The notes: a model not told the origin generated them from the sequence alone. Positions 52,455-62,409 are shown, numbered from the stretch's first letter. The stretch is 64,000 nucleotides of DNA from a virus (IMGVR_UViG_3300046518_000260:11276-75275), one strand, 5' to 3'. Program-made: numbers and translations.

Positions 52455-54979
52455 TATCCGCCACTCTGAATGTTCGTGTTAGTCCCGGTATTCGGGACAG
52501 CTGCCGCTGGTGTCTGGTTGACATTTACGCCGAGCTGACCGACAGCTGCCCGCATGGCTGCGCCTGCCTGCGTACCGAACGCCGAAGCGATCGCCATCAA
52601 CGCATTAGCCGCCGTGCCTCCGAACGCATCAGCGGCAGCACCGAGCTTCGTAGAGCCAGTATCGAACGCGCTAAGAATTTCCTGCGATCCTGCCGTTACA
52701 GTCGTGCCGAGCTGTTCCACGCTTTGGTTCGAATTATTGATGGCTGTTAGCGCATCGGTATAGTTGCCGGTCTTATAGCCCTGACTGACTTGCTGCGCCA
52801 TCGTCAGCGGTACTGCCGCCGAAGCAGCCGGTGAATTGTCGGTACTCATTCCGAGCCAGGAGCGCGGAGTGCCGATATTCTTCTGAAGCCAAGCGCTGAC
52901 GCCTTGCGACCAAGCTTTGGCGTTGTTTATCTGGGTTTCCACACCCTTCTTATCGCTAGCGATCCCGGACCCAAGCAGGTATGACTGAACGCCAATCGCG
53001 GCTATCTTCATGAGGTTGCCGACACCGCCGCCGCCCGGTCCATTGTTAGGGCCTGCGCCCGGCAAGGCATTGCCGCTAAGAGCTGCCGCAGCGGCGCTCA
53101 GTTGGGCTGCAGAGGCGCTTAGGGCAACGGCGGCAGTATTTAGGCCGGTAGCACCAGAAAGCCACTTGAGAAGCCCTACGGTGCCAAGGCCCGCTGCTAC
53201 ACCGCCTGCCGCCATGCCACCTACCAGCGCATAGTCCTGCATCTGGTTTTTGCTGCGACCCTGGACCAAATCACTGACCCATTGGAAGCCATTACCGATC
53301 TTATCGATAACAGGAATGAAGGTGTTTTCAAGACGGTCGCCAGCAATGCCGAGCATGGTCGTGAATTGCTGTTGCGTTTCCATCATCTGTACGAACGACG
53401 ACTGCTTGCTAATGTCTCCGATCTCTTTATCAGTAAGCGGATTGTCGAAATACTTGGTCGCCTTGATCATGGCTTCCTGGAACTGCAAGACAGCCTTTGC
53501 CAAGAAGTCGTCAGAGTTGCGGTTGCCGGAAAGTGGATCAAGCGCATTGATGACCGTGGCAGGATTGGCATTGGCAAGATCGATGCCCTGCTTTGCAAGG
53601 AAACCGTCAGGCCCCAAGATGTATTTCCTGATCCATTCCGTCGAGTTTTCACGGAACAGTTCTGCGTCCTTAAGGTCTCCACCTTCAAGGGTATAGGTTG
53701 TCGCACCAGACTTGCCGCTCTTGCCGGTCGGGACTAGCGTGCTAGGTCCGCGCAATCCGGCAGCTTCCTGAGCTGCAATCGCCTTCTTTGTGGTCTCTCC
53801 GGTAAAGGTCTTGGTTGCCATGTTCAACTGAACACCAGCCGTAGATGCGCCAACGTCAGCGGCGGCAAGCAGCTGGAAGAAGAATTCTCGAGGGCTAATA
53901 GACTGCCCCGAAGTCTTAGCGTTCTTCAGCAACTGGAACGCATCGTTGAAGTTGATCTGCGCACCTTCTGAAACCTTGGCAGCCGTCAAGCTATCAATAT
54001 ATGCATTGGCGCGCGGGTCAAAATTGCCCTTGTTGTCAACAAGATAACCAGCCTGTCCAAGTCCTCTGAACAACTGCGCAATGCCTTCGACGGCTTGCTG
54101 CGTCGTGTTGCCCTGTTGGACGCTGACCTGAATGATCCGGTCTAGCGACTTGTCGAACTTGAGTGCGTCAGTCGGATTTTTGAAATTGGTTGAAACTTCG
54201 GCGTACAGGTCTTCGCGCTGATCCGGCCGCAATAGGGGATTGGCGCGCGATGCTGCAAATGCCTGATTTTCAAATTGCTGCCGAACGTCGGGTGTCAGGC
54301 GTTGCTGCAACTCCTTGTTACTGGCAACGTCAAAGCCTTTCAGTCCTTCAACGAAACTGTCTTTGATCGAGCTGACGATCGTGTGCCCCAAGTCCACAAC
54401 GAACGAGCGCAGCAATGATTTCAGCGGCTGCAATTGCAGGCCGATGTTGCGAGGACCGTTCGGGCTAGGGTTCATCCCAGGAGGTGTGCGCGGCGGACGA
54501 CTGCCCGGTATGTTACCGCCGCCCGTCGGAATGTTGCCCTTCATCTTGGCAAGCTGATTGGAAGCCAGTCCGGCCGCGCGGGCGACCCTGATCAGTTTCG
54601 TGACCAGCAGGTCGAGGCCCTTGAAATTGGAACCTGTCGAGCCGCCTGCACCGATCAAACCTTTAAGGCCCTTGGATGCAGTCTTGTAATTCCCCAATGC
54701 CTTGGACATGGCATTGATATCTTTTGGGGACGCGCCCTTGAACTTGACCCCAAGCGATGAGGTTTTGGGGACGCGCCGGGCTGCATTGGCGAACTCGCGC
54801 ATCGCCTTAGCCTGCGCAGAAAGGTTCTTCGCAGCGCGGGCCGAGCCCATAGTGTTCAATGCTTTTTGGGTAGCGAGCGCTTCCTTGCGCAACGAACGCA
54901 ACGAATTATTGATCTTAGCGACATTGCCAGAGGTTTTGTCGATTAGAAGTAAGGTCGCTTTTTCGGTATAGTCGGCCAA
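52454..54979 (-). CDS. Tape measure protein
   Basis: 841 aa, Ala/Gly-rich, hydrophobic segment; follows the chaperones. Confidence 0.85.
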   Translation of the reverse strand: MADYTEKATLLLIDKTSGNVAKINNSLRSLRKEALATQKALNTMGSARAAKNLSAQAKAMREFANAARRVPKTSSLGVKFKGASPKDINAMSKALGNYKTASKGLKGLIGAGGSTGSNFKGLDLLVTKLIRVARAAGLASNQLAKMKGNIPTGGGNIPGSRPPRTPPGMNPSPNGPRNIGLQLQPLKSLLRSFVVDLGHTIVSSIKDSFVEGLKGFDVASNKELQQRLTPDVRQQFENQAFAASRANPLLRPDQREDLYAEVSTNFKNPTDALKFDKSLDRIIQVSVQQGNTTQQAVEGIAQLFRGLGQAGYLVDNKGNFDPRANAYIDSLTAAKVSEGAQINFNDAFQLLKNAKTSGQSISPREFFFQLLAAADVGASTAGVQLNMATKTFTGETTKKAIAAQEAAGLRGPSTLVPTGKSGKSGATTYTLEGGDLKDAELFRENSTEWIRKYILGPDGFLAKQGIDLANANPATVINALDPLSGNRNSDDFLAKAVLQFQEAMIKATKYFDNPLTDKEIGDISKQSSFVQMMETQQQFTTMLGIAGDRLENTFIPVIDKIGNGFQWVSDLVQGRSKNQMQDYALVGGMAAGGVAAGLGTVGLLKWLSGATGLNTAAVALSASAAQLSAAAAALSGNALPGAGPNNGPGGGGVGNLMKIAAIGVQSYLLGSGIASDKKGVETQINNAKAWSQGVSAWLQKNIGTPRSWLGMSTDNSPAASAAVPLTMAQQVSQGYKTGNYTDALTAINNSNQSVEQLGTTVTAGSQEILSAFDTGSTKLGAAADAFGGTAANALMAIASAFGTQAGAAMRAAVGQLGVNVNQTPAAAVPNTGTNTNIQSGG

Positions 54980-54986
54980 GTCGACC

Positions 54987-55169
54987 TCACTTCAATTTCG
55001 CACCCGCGATTGCGGCTCTGAACTTTACGTCCTGATCGTTAATCTTGCGGAAGTTTTTCATCCGCAATGATAGTTTTGGAATGGTAAGCTGTTCAAGACC
55101 GTTGGTGTTCGCAGAGTAATAACGGTATTCCTCTACTGCCTCACCGATCTTCTTGCCTACTCTAAAAAA
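54987..55169 (-). CDS. Tail assembly chaperone -1 frameshift extension (G-T type)
   Basis: Slippery T TTT TTA at 55169-55163 just before the chaperone stop; the -1 frame stays open to 54987. Confidence 0.7.
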   Translation of the reverse strand, partial: FFRVGKKIGEAVEEYRYYSANTNGLEQLTIPKLSLRMKNFRKINDQDVKFRAAIAGAKLK

Positions 55170-55777
55170 CGCGGCAGCACCTTTTCTGCGATAGTGAAGC
55201 CGTCTGCGAGACTGATCTGATCTACGACCCAAGAAGGGGCGGCAGTAGTCTGTTCGCCCATGCCGATCGGTTTGCCGACAGTCTGCAGCAGGACGAGAAC
55301 CTGTTGAAGATTGCCAGTTTCTGCCATCACTTCTTCAACGTCGCCGTAGGTTTTCGCCATGAATTCAATTTCATCGAACGAAAGCTCTTCGGTGCCGCTC
55401 TTGAACCTGACAGGAGTGCCAAGCTTGTAGATCATCGGCTTGGTAGCGCCGTCGCCGTCATTGATGACCTTGCCGGGCTCGCCTTGATCTTCGCCCATTG
55501 CATCGATGATTTTCGAAGCATATACACGCGGCAACTGCGGAATGTCCATGTCGCCAAGCTTGACCACACTGCCGTCATCGGCAATGCATTCAACCTGTGA
55601 CTTCATGCGCATGCGCTTGTTCATCACGTTCCACTTTTTGTTGTCGGTGATGCCAAGCTCGTTGGTTTCGGTCGCCAGCTTGACGAAGCCTGCCAGCTTG
55701 ATCGGCTTTACCCGAAATTCGGCAATTGACTTACCGCCAATCACTACCGGGATGTCCTTCACTGCTACTGTCTGCAT
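55157..55777 (-). CDS. Tail assembly chaperone
   Basis: Between the tube and tape measure genes; carries the slippery site. Confidence 0.75.
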   Translation of the reverse strand: MQTVAVKDIPVVIGGKSIAEFRVKPIKLAGFVKLATETNELGITDNKKWNVMNKRMRMKSQVECIADDGSVVKLGDMDIPQLPRVYASKIIDAMGEDQGEPGKVINDGDGATKPMIYKLGTPVRFKSGTEELSFDEIEFMAKTYGDVEEVMAETGNLQQVLVLLQTVGKPIGMGEQTTAAPSWVVDQISLADGFTIAEKVLPRFLE

Positions 55778-55898
55778 AATGGTATTCCTGTGCCGTTGTG
55801 CCGTAGTGAAAACAACTAGACGCGCCGCCCACGGCACGGAGCGACGCGTCTAGGAAGACGCCAATTCTGGACCCGTAGACCCAGACAGCGCCTTAGCT

Positions 55899-56306
55899 CT
55901 AAGCCGCGACCTGCTCAGCCGGGAGAAGCTCGTCGAGCGTCCGGTAGCTGAGGTTCATCGTGACCTGATGTGTGTCCGACTGATCGTCGCCCGTGGCCGT
56001 GCCGCCCTTGCCGGTATAGACCAGACCGTTGAGGTATTCAACCTGAACGTCGATCTGTGCGCAGCCCTGATAATAGGAGAGCGGAATACGGAGGTCACGA
56101 ATGACTTCCATCTGAACGGTCGCGTTTGCCGACTGACGCCGAACGTAGCCCTGCGTGAGGACTTCGTTCGTGTATGGGCAAAGCTTCCAGTTCGGAAGCG
56201 TGTCGGTTGCCAGTTCATGCGAATACGGACCGTAGGTCTGTTCCGTATCGCAGTCGGTGAACGTCAGCAAGATATTTTTTACGCCAACGACATTATCACA
56301 AGACAT
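55899..56306 (-). CDS. Tail tube protein
   Basis: 135 aa, directly after the sheath; beta-rich. Confidence 0.8.
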   Translation of the reverse strand: MSCDNVVGVKNILLTFTDCDTEQTYGPYSHELATDTLPNWKLCPYTNEVLTQGYVRRQSANATVQMEVIRDLRIPLSYYQGCAQIDVQVEYLNGLVYTGKGGTATGDDQSDTHQVTMNLSYRTLDELLPAEQVAA

Positions 56307-56333
56307 TGTCAATTCCTCTCATGGTGCCGTCGA

Positions 56334-57845
56334 TTACCGCGCGCAGTTATCGAGAACCTTCGGTTGAAGATTGGTGTTGATCTGACCGATACGAACCGGC
56401 GGGCGGTAGGCGAAGTCGACCCAAAGAAGGTCGGGTTTGCCTTGGCACTTGGCAGCGCGATCAAAGTCGGTCTGGACCTTGATGTCCCGATCGATATTGT
56501 CGAACTCCGAGAAGAGGATACCGATGTTGTTCTTGGCCCACGCACGCAGATCAGCAAGGATGAGGCGTGGATTGGTGCCCTTGGTTCCCTGATTGATCTT
56601 TGTGTTGCGGGTGAACAGCGCCAGACCATTGTAGGTATTGAGCTGAGCTGCAATCGACAGCGCAGTCGAGGCGGCAAGCCGTCGGCTATTTGCATCACGG
56701 AAAGTCGCATTGGCGCGACCCAAATCATCGTAAAGATAATTCGTGATGTCGTTGTAGATTTGCGGATTGGTAAGTTCGCCGGTGCCGAAGCCCGACGGAC
56801 CATACGTCACGAAACCTGCATCGCGGAGCTGAGTACGTTCATCGAACGTCCACGGTGCGGCGCAGGACTGAGGGACGAGAATGCAGCTCAGGACACCATT
56901 CTCCGGGCCCTGGACCGAAAGTTCCGGACTGGTGCAGGCCGTGCATGCCGTCAGTGCAGCATATGCGGCCAACGTCAGATACGGCAGGTCGTAGCCATCG
57001 ACAGCGACCGCAAGCCGGGAAAGTTCCGGGCTGTTGTCCGATGTTGCGAGGACTTCGCCGAGCGTGCCGACGTCATAGACGTAACCTGCCCCAAAGCATT
57101 GGGGCTTGTCGCACGACCATGCATCACGCAGATAGTCGCGGAGGGCTTCCTGACCGGCAACATCAGGACCGAGATAGGCCGCTACCGAATAGCAGCATTC
57201 GCCGGTCAAGTTGATCAGGTCTGGCAGGATTGGATCGCCGGTGCCGTCGGTCGTGCGGGTCGTGGCAACAGTGACGCCGCCCGGTGCATAATTCCGACGA
57301 CCAGCCCAATTGTAAACCGGGTTGAGAACGTTGCCAACGACGCCCTTGTTCTTGGCGGTCCAAGTGATGACACCGAGCGCAGCCGTTGCGGCATATGGGA
57401 AGTTGTCGCTAACAGCGGCAACCACGGCGGCGGCGATCTGTGTTGCAGTCTGGCCGCTCTTGACATTGATGTCAATGTTGTAGTCTGCTTCACCGAGGAA
57501 CAGAGTGAAGCGACCATCGGCAGTTGCCGGGCCGGTGATCGTGGTTTCGTATTCAGCGGCGACGCCAGCGGCCGGATCAGCAACGCCGAGGCCGAACAGC
57601 TGGATGCCCTGAGCACAAGTGCAGAACACCTTGCGCAGCGCTTCAGTCAGGACCGAACCTTCACCGAACATCTCGATAAGGTCGCGTTCGCTGTTGACCT
57701 GCTGGATCACGTTCGGAATGAAGCTGCCGACTGACCCGTCGAAGCCCTGTCCGATAACGAGCATCCGGCAAGCGCCGTCGTAGAAATTTAGCGACGGGTC
57801 GATGCAGAGCCGCACGAAACCGTTGGAAAGGACATCCTGAGCCAT
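56334..57845 (-). CDS. Tail sheath protein (Mu gpL-like)
   Basis: FGEGSVL, WTAKNKGVVGN, DGTGDP, ERTQLRDAGF; 14 Cys. Confidence 0.9.
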   Translation of the reverse strand: MAQDVLSNGFVRLCIDPSLNFYDGACRMLVIGQGFDGSVGSFIPNVIQQVNSERDLIEMFGEGSVLTEALRKVFCTCAQGIQLFGLGVADPAAGVAAEYETTITGPATADGRFTLFLGEADYNIDINVKSGQTATQIAAAVVAAVSDNFPYAATAALGVITWTAKNKGVVGNVLNPVYNWAGRRNYAPGGVTVATTRTTDGTGDPILPDLINLTGECCYSVAAYLGPDVAGQEALRDYLRDAWSCDKPQCFGAGYVYDVGTLGEVLATSDNSPELSRLAVAVDGYDLPYLTLAAYAALTACTACTSPELSVQGPENGVLSCILVPQSCAAPWTFDERTQLRDAGFVTYGPSGFGTGELTNPQIYNDITNYLYDDLGRANATFRDANSRRLAASTALSIAAQLNTYNGLALFTRNTKINQGTKGTNPRLILADLRAWAKNNIGILFSEFDNIDRDIKVQTDFDRAAKCQGKPDLLWVDFAYRPPVRIGQINTNLQPKVLDNCAR

Positions 57846-57861
57846 GAAAGCGCTTCCTTAA

Positions 57862-58086
57862 TTAAAGAACAGAAGCGCTTTCGCCAGCGCCCGATTTGGA
57901 TTTCTTCGAGGCTACTACCGGCTCGACCGTAACGTCCTGATGCACATTGATCAGTCGTTCGATCCAAGTCGTGCGTTCGACCTCGATGTACTTGTCATGC
58001 GGTATCCTAACGCCACCTTTGGCCGCTGTAAAGGCTTTGCGGCCTTCGACAGCCTTAATTGACACCGTCTCGAGAACTTTTGCCAT
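57862..58086 (-). CDS. DUF2635-like small tail protein
   Basis: Upstream of the sheath; IKAVEGR...TWIERLINVHQDV. Confidence 0.6.
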   Translation of the reverse strand: MAKVLETVSIKAVEGRKAFTAAKGGVRIPHDKYIEVERTTWIERLINVHQDVTVEPVVASKKSKSGAGESASVL

Positions 58087-58087
58087 G

Positions 58088-58645
58088 TCATAATGCTCCT
58101 TCGTTGCAATCGACGCACTCGGTCTTGATGCGTATGTTTTCTACAGTCTTCACAATGCCTTCTGGCTGTTGTTCCAGCTTGCAAAAGGTATACGTGTGAC
58201 GCAGCGTGAATGAAAGCATAACCGCAAGATCGGAGCTTTCAAGGTCCATTTTGACAAGCTGAACCGGATAGCCGCGCGGGCTTTCCCATTGCAGAATGAA
58301 ATCTACAAACTTTTGCAGCAATGGGTCATAATCATAATAAGCCCAGAACGGCGTTTCTTTCGATTTGCTATTCAGTATCTTGTTTGACCTGAACCAAAAT
58401 TCCCCAACGAAGGTTTCCACAAGGTCTGGGGATTTATTGGACTTCGCATCGTGCGCGAAGTTGATATCCTGCAATGCAAACATTGCGATCGGGAATGTCG
58501 GGATGTTGTCGCGCTGCACTTCCATTTCAGACACTGCAATAATCCGGCGTTCCATTTCTGGAAACACCGGCTCAATATCCTTGATCAATGCCAACAGAGT
58601 TGGTTCAAACGTTTTTCCAGACAACCCATCCTCGCAGTCGAGCAA
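58088..58645 (-). CDS. Tail terminator-like protein
   Basis: Synteny; start uncertain. Confidence 0.55.
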   Translation of the reverse strand: MLDCEDGLSGKTFEPTLLALIKDIEPVFPEMERRIIAVSEMEVQRDNIPTFPIAMFALQDINFAHDAKSNKSPDLVETFVGEFWFRSNKILNSKSKETPFWAYYDYDPLLQKFVDFILQWESPRGYPVQLVKMDLESSDLAVMLSFTLRHTYTFCKLEQQPEGIVKTVENIRIKTECVDCNEGAL

Positions 58646-59012
58646 GCGCTCGCGGTACGCACATTCTCAAAGCATTGTCGCTCATTTTACGTCGAGCCAT
58701 CTTGCGTGTTCCTTCCCGCAAGAACTTGCCATAGTACATGGTAGTACCCACCGTGAGGCTGTGAGCGTCACTATCAGACTTGACAGAAGCAGCAAGCCGA
58801 CCAGTCTCATTTGCAGGGTACTCCGAATATGGTTTAGAAGCCTGATGACGCTTGCCGCGCCGGTTATACATCCTGCCAGTTTTCGGCGGGTTAATAATCG
58901 CGTCACGGTATTCCTTTTCAACTTCCTTGGCCGTGCGCCGCATAAAGTCTGTTGTGACTTTACGGTCGCGCCATGCCATGAAGTTGCGCCAAGGCGTGAA
59001 TACGAATTGCAT
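58605..59012 (-). CDS. HK97 gp10-like neck/tail-completion protein
   Basis: HQASKP...PANETGRLAAS...YGKFLREGTRKMARR; TAATG coupling. Confidence 0.75.
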   Translation of the reverse strand: MQFVFTPWRNFMAWRDRKVTTDFMRRTAKEVEKEYRDAIINPPKTGRMYNRRGKRHQASKPYSEYPANETGRLAASVKSDSDAHSLTVGTTMYYGKFLREGTRKMARRKMSDNALRMCVPRALARLRGWVVWKNV

Positions 59013-59452
59013 TAGAGAGTAATTCCTGCGGGGACACCAACGATTGATCCGTCTGCTCCGACTGGTGCGGCAAGATCGTCGCCGCGCTCCATCAGACGGC
59101 AGTCGAATAGAAAATACTGACTGTTTTCGTCTTCGTCTCCAGAGGACAAAATCTTGAACCAGCGTGGGGCTGAAAGCACCCGATGTTCGTACAGCCACGC
59201 AGCCGCCGTCAATTCGACGAAGGGATTGTAGCGCATACGGATGAAGTGGCTGCGGCGGTCATTCTCTTCCAGGACCGAGTGGCCTTGCTGACTGAATGTC
59301 GACACGCGCCGACGTTCGATCATGGCCCAACCTTCCCAGATTTTATTCTTGGTAAAGGTGAGCTGATTGTCGACAATGACATCCTCATTCCGGCATACGT
59401 AAACACGATGCTTGAATTTCTTGGCGATGCGTGTGTCGACTGTTAAGCCCAT
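59012..59452 (-). CDS. Head closure protein
   Basis: SHFIRMRY...WFKILSSGDEDENSQYFLFDC; TAATG coupling. Confidence 0.7.
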   Translation of the reverse strand: MGLTVDTRIAKKFKHRVYVCRNEDVIVDNQLTFTKNKIWEGWAMIERRRVSTFSQQGHSVLEENDRRSHFIRMRYNPFVELTAAAWLYEHRVLSAPRWFKILSSGDEDENSQYFLFDCRLMERGDDLAAPVGADGSIVGVPAGITL

Positions 59453-60111
59453 TACTTCACCTTGTAGCTCATCCAATGCTCGATCGCACCAGAGGCCCAT
59501 GCACCGTTGTTCGTACCGATAAGACCTGTTTCGGTCGTGCCCAATCGGTTGCGGACAGTAAGCAGTTCGTCGCCGGGGTTGGCGATGGCCCACATGATGA
59601 ATTTCAGGCAGCCATACAAGATGGTATTGGGGATATCGTCCGCCGTCTTGTAACCAGTGCTGTATGATACGAGCGCGTCGTAATCAAGGCCGGAGCCGCC
59701 ATTGCAGCATGACATAAAATCGAGTGACATGCAGTCAGTAGGCACCGTGATTTTACGGCTCTTGTCCTTGATGTAAACCTGCTTAGCCTGCCGACCTGAC
59801 TTGTTCGAAACATATACCACTTTTTCAAGTGGTTCGTATTTCAGTTTCATCAGATGATAGTTGCGGCGCAAGCCAATTCCACTAACGTCGATGCGGAACA
59901 TTTCACGGACGAGTGCTGCCCCAAGGATCATTCGGCCGGTATAGAGTTCGGCCTGCTCGAACGCCGTGTCACGGTAGAGCGCGATCTGATCGTCCAGGAC
60001 CGTTGGGGTGTCGTCGGTTTTGGTGTGCGCGCGAATAGTCTCCAGCGGCAGAACGTCTGCCGCCTTGAGTTTTTCGCGACTTACCACGTCAACTGAAAGT
60101 GCTGTTTGCAT
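59452..60111 (-). CDS. Head-tail connector (gp6-like adaptor)
   Basis: LETIRAHTK...DDQI...AEL YTGR...YSTGY...IP. Confidence 0.8.
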   Translation of the reverse strand: MQTALSVDVVSREKLKAADVLPLETIRAHTKTDDTPTVLDDQIALYRDTAFEQAELYTGRMILGAALVREMFRIDVSGIGLRRNYHLMKLKYEPLEKVVYVSNKSGRQAKQVYIKDKSRKITVPTDCMSLDFMSCCNGGSGLDYDALVSYSTGYKTADDIPNTILYGCLKFIMWAIANPGDELLTVRNRLGTTETGLIGTNNGAWASGAIEHWMSYKVK

Positions 60112-60120
60112 TGTCCTGCC

Positions 60121-60837
60121 TTAGCACGTGACGACGGTTATGTCGTAGCACGATACATGAATGTATTCTTGGCAGTCGCAGTCCAGCGCGGGCTGTTTGA
60201 TCGTCAGGCGGTAAACGTCGCCGACAACTGCCAGAGGCGCAGCCTTGAGCGCGAACGTCAGTGTCTGGTTCTGCCCAACGCGAACGGTTTTCTGAACAAT
60301 AGCGATTGCCGTATCAAAGGCTTTGGCAGGAAGCGGGTCAACAGCACCTGACGCAGCCACGCCGACAATAACCTGATTGACCACGGTCTTCGCCTCGTTC
60401 GTGGTCTCAACATAGAAACTATCATATCCCGAAAAGCCGAGTACCGGCGTATATAAAAACGTGCCGTCCGCATCAACAACAACCTCTCCGAATTGTGGTC
60501 CGTTCAGACCATCCAGTGCATAGGTCAGAGTTCCTTCCAGTGGGTCGCTCGCCCCAACGGAGACATCGCCATTCAGGGGCGTGTTGAAAATTGCTGGAAA
60601 ATATTTGTTCGTATTGACCGGTGCGCGGGTGTCGACCGAATTGGTCTTTTTCTGCAGGTCAAACGATACACGATCGATCAGGCCGCGACCGCCGAGCGGT
60701 TGGGACCACGATGCATAGTTGATATCCCATTTGTTAGTCTCGCCCGGTCTGGCAGATGCCTGACCGCAGCAGCATGCATTGCACGCGCTCGAACCGGCGG
60801 AGTAGGCGTCACGAGGGTCGGCTGAGAAATATTGCAT
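60121..60837 (-). CDS. Ig/cadherin-like virion protein with Cys-rich termini (collar-like)
   Basis: GDVSVGASDPLEGTLTY...PQFGEV...DGTFLYTP..GFSGYDSF; CNACCC and CDC clusters. Confidence 0.7.
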   Translation of the reverse strand: MQYFSADPRDAYSAGSSACNACCCGQASARPGETNKWDINYASWSQPLGGRGLIDRVSFDLQKKTNSVDTRAPVNTNKYFPAIFNTPLNGDVSVGASDPLEGTLTYALDGLNGPQFGEVVVDADGTFLYTPVLGFSGYDSFYVETTNEAKTVVNQVIVGVAASGAVDPLPAKAFDTAIAIVQKTVRVGQNQTLTFALKAAPLAVVGDVYRLTIKQPALDCDCQEYIHVSCYDITVVTC

Positions 60838-60855
60838 CGGATGCCCCAAGGGATA

Positions 60856-60883
60856 GAGAAAAGGCGGGAGGTTAATCCCGCCT
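60856..60883 (-). terminator. Intrinsic terminator after the head-gene block
   Basis: AGGCGGGA/TCCCGCCT stem followed by TTTTCTC on the minus strand. Confidence 0.65.
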
Positions 60884-60903
60884 CAGGTTGTAACCGATAT
60901 CCC

Positions 60904-61005
60904 TTACGGGGTAACGGGAGCCACGCACGTGAAGCACGGCATGGAGACGAGAGGCTTGACCACAGGGGTCGAGCACTCTGTCTTGCAGCGAGCAAGCTTT
61001 GCCAT
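60904..61005 (-). CDS. 33-aa Cys-rich micro-protein (candidate capsid cross-linker)
   Basis: MAKLARCKTECSTPVVKPLVSMPCFTCVAPVTP; TGATG coupling; below the ORF-track cutoff. Confidence 0.65.
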   Translation of the reverse strand: MAKLARCKTECSTPVVKPLVSMPCFTCVAPVTP

Positions 61006-61604
61006 CAGAGTAGTCCTTTCGTTGCCTTCTTCTCTTTGCCCTTCTTAGGCTCGGAGCCGTTTTCGCCTTCGGTTGATCCGGAGGCTTCATCTTCGCCGGT
61101 AGCTTCTTCCGAAGCTTCTTCGGCAGTTTTGTCGTCGTCCGCAGCCGTTTCCAGCGCCGGGTCCGGCTGCGTACCTTCGGCCGTTGCTACAACCGCATCG
61201 GCGGGCTTTTCCTGCCCTTCCTGCGCGGTTTCGCCAGCGGCGGGTATAATGGTGGCCTGCGCGCCCTGTTGCGCCTCTGTGGCCTCCGGAATTGGTTCCG
61301 GGGCTGGCGACGGCGCATCGAGGTTAAGGCTCTCAACCGTGGCGTTCCAGCTGGTAAGCTGTTCGTCACTGATCGTTGATGCATAGCGTCGATCCAGGAG
61401 GATGCGAGCGGTGACCTGCGGTATCACTGCAACGCCGTTGTCATCCTTGCGCCAGCGGATCATGACCGGAGGCTTCACAGGATTGGCGTGGAACTCGAAC
61501 CAATAAAGATCACTGTTTTGACCAGAAGCCTTTTTGGGAGATACCGCGAATAGACCGGAGAGCGTTTCGCAAATTCCGTCCGAACGCCGTTGCAACTTTT
61601 CCAT
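61005..61604 (-). CDS. Protein with long acidic low-complexity tail
   Basis: AAGGA RBS before ATG 61604. Confidence 0.65.
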   Translation of the reverse strand: MEKLQRRSDGICETLSGLFAVSPKKASGQNSDLYWFEFHANPVKPPVMIRWRKDDNGVAVIPQVTARILLDRRYASTISDEQLTSWNATVESLNLDAPSPAPEPIPEATEAQQGAQATIIPAAGETAQEGQEKPADAVVATAEGTQPDPALETAADDDKTAEEASEEATGEDEASGSTEGENGSEPKKGKEKKATKGLL

Positions 61605-61935
61605 ATTTTCTGATCCTTGCTCTGACTTTTGCATCGCTTGGGTCGTCAATTTCTTGGATAACCCGAAACTGTTGATCGATTTCTGAGAAGAATTCAACGG
61701 TGGCGTGCTGACGTCTTTCAGAAAGTGTGACTGCCATAGGAGCGAGGAACTGAGGTTTGTCACTATTGTTTGAAGCCTCTATTCTTCGTTCGTCTATGTA
61801 GGGGCTGAAGTCCCATTCGCCGCTGCGTGCCCAGACGGTTATGCGACCTTGTGTCTGCCCCTTCTTGAGCCGAAGAGATATGCGGACCAGATCACCGGCC
61901 CGCACATTGGTTGTCTCAGCGAGAACACGCCGCAT
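61510..61935 (-). CDS. Hypothetical protein
   Basis: ATG one base after the upstream stop; overlaps the next gene by 95 nt. Confidence 0.55.
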   Translation of the reverse strand: MRRVLAETTNVRAGDLVRISLRLKKGQTQGRITVWARSGEWDFSPYIDERRIEASNNSDKPQFLAPMAVTLSERRQHATVEFFSEIDQQFRVIQEIDDPSDAKVRARIRKYGKVATAFGRNLRNALRSIRGISQKGFWSKQ

Positions 61936-61936
61936 A

Positions 61937-62344
61937 TTAGAATACGCGCTTCGGTCCCTGCAAGAGCTGTACGGCGCGCACATTCGCCCCACCGCTCACA
62001 TGGCGCAGTCGCGCCCAGAAGCCCTCACGGCAAGCGACCGTTCCTGGGCAGAACGTTCCGGCCTTCGTGCCCGACGGGATGCGGAAGGTTGCCGGAGCAC
62101 CGTCCACAAAGTCAGGGCCTGCGCAGACCGCGTTTTCCGATGCATCGACGAATGTGCCGGGAGCGCAATCGTCGGTTTCATCGTTCGGCGCGAACTGGAC
62201 GACGAACACTGCATCGGCCACAAGGTCGACAACAGTTTCGAAGACCCAACCGAAGTCGTTGTAGTTCTTCAGATTGCGTGGCGTAGCAGCCGCACCGTCC
62301 CAAGCAATAGCAGCGTTGGTCCGGATACCGGGATTGTTGTTCAT
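61937..62344 (-). CDS. Minor capsid / decoration protein
   Basis: Directly after the MCP; GAGG RBS; four Cys; beta-rich. Confidence 0.6.
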   Translation of the reverse strand: MNNNPGIRTNAAIAWDGAAATPRNLKNYNDFGWVFETVVDLVADAVFVVQFAPNDETDDCAPGTFVDASENAVCAGPDFVDGAPATFRIPSGTKAGTFCPGTVACREGFWARLRHVSGGANVRAVQLLQGPKRVF

Positions 62345-62409
62345 TTCCTCTATCCTTTTTCAAAAACCAGATAAGAGAGCCGACCCCTTACGGAGCCGGC
62401 GATCCCGAA

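Noticed and set aside
55968-57734. 588-aa plus-strand ORF
   Set aside because: Antisense shadow of the sheath and tube genes, caused by their codon bias; no RBS or family motifs.
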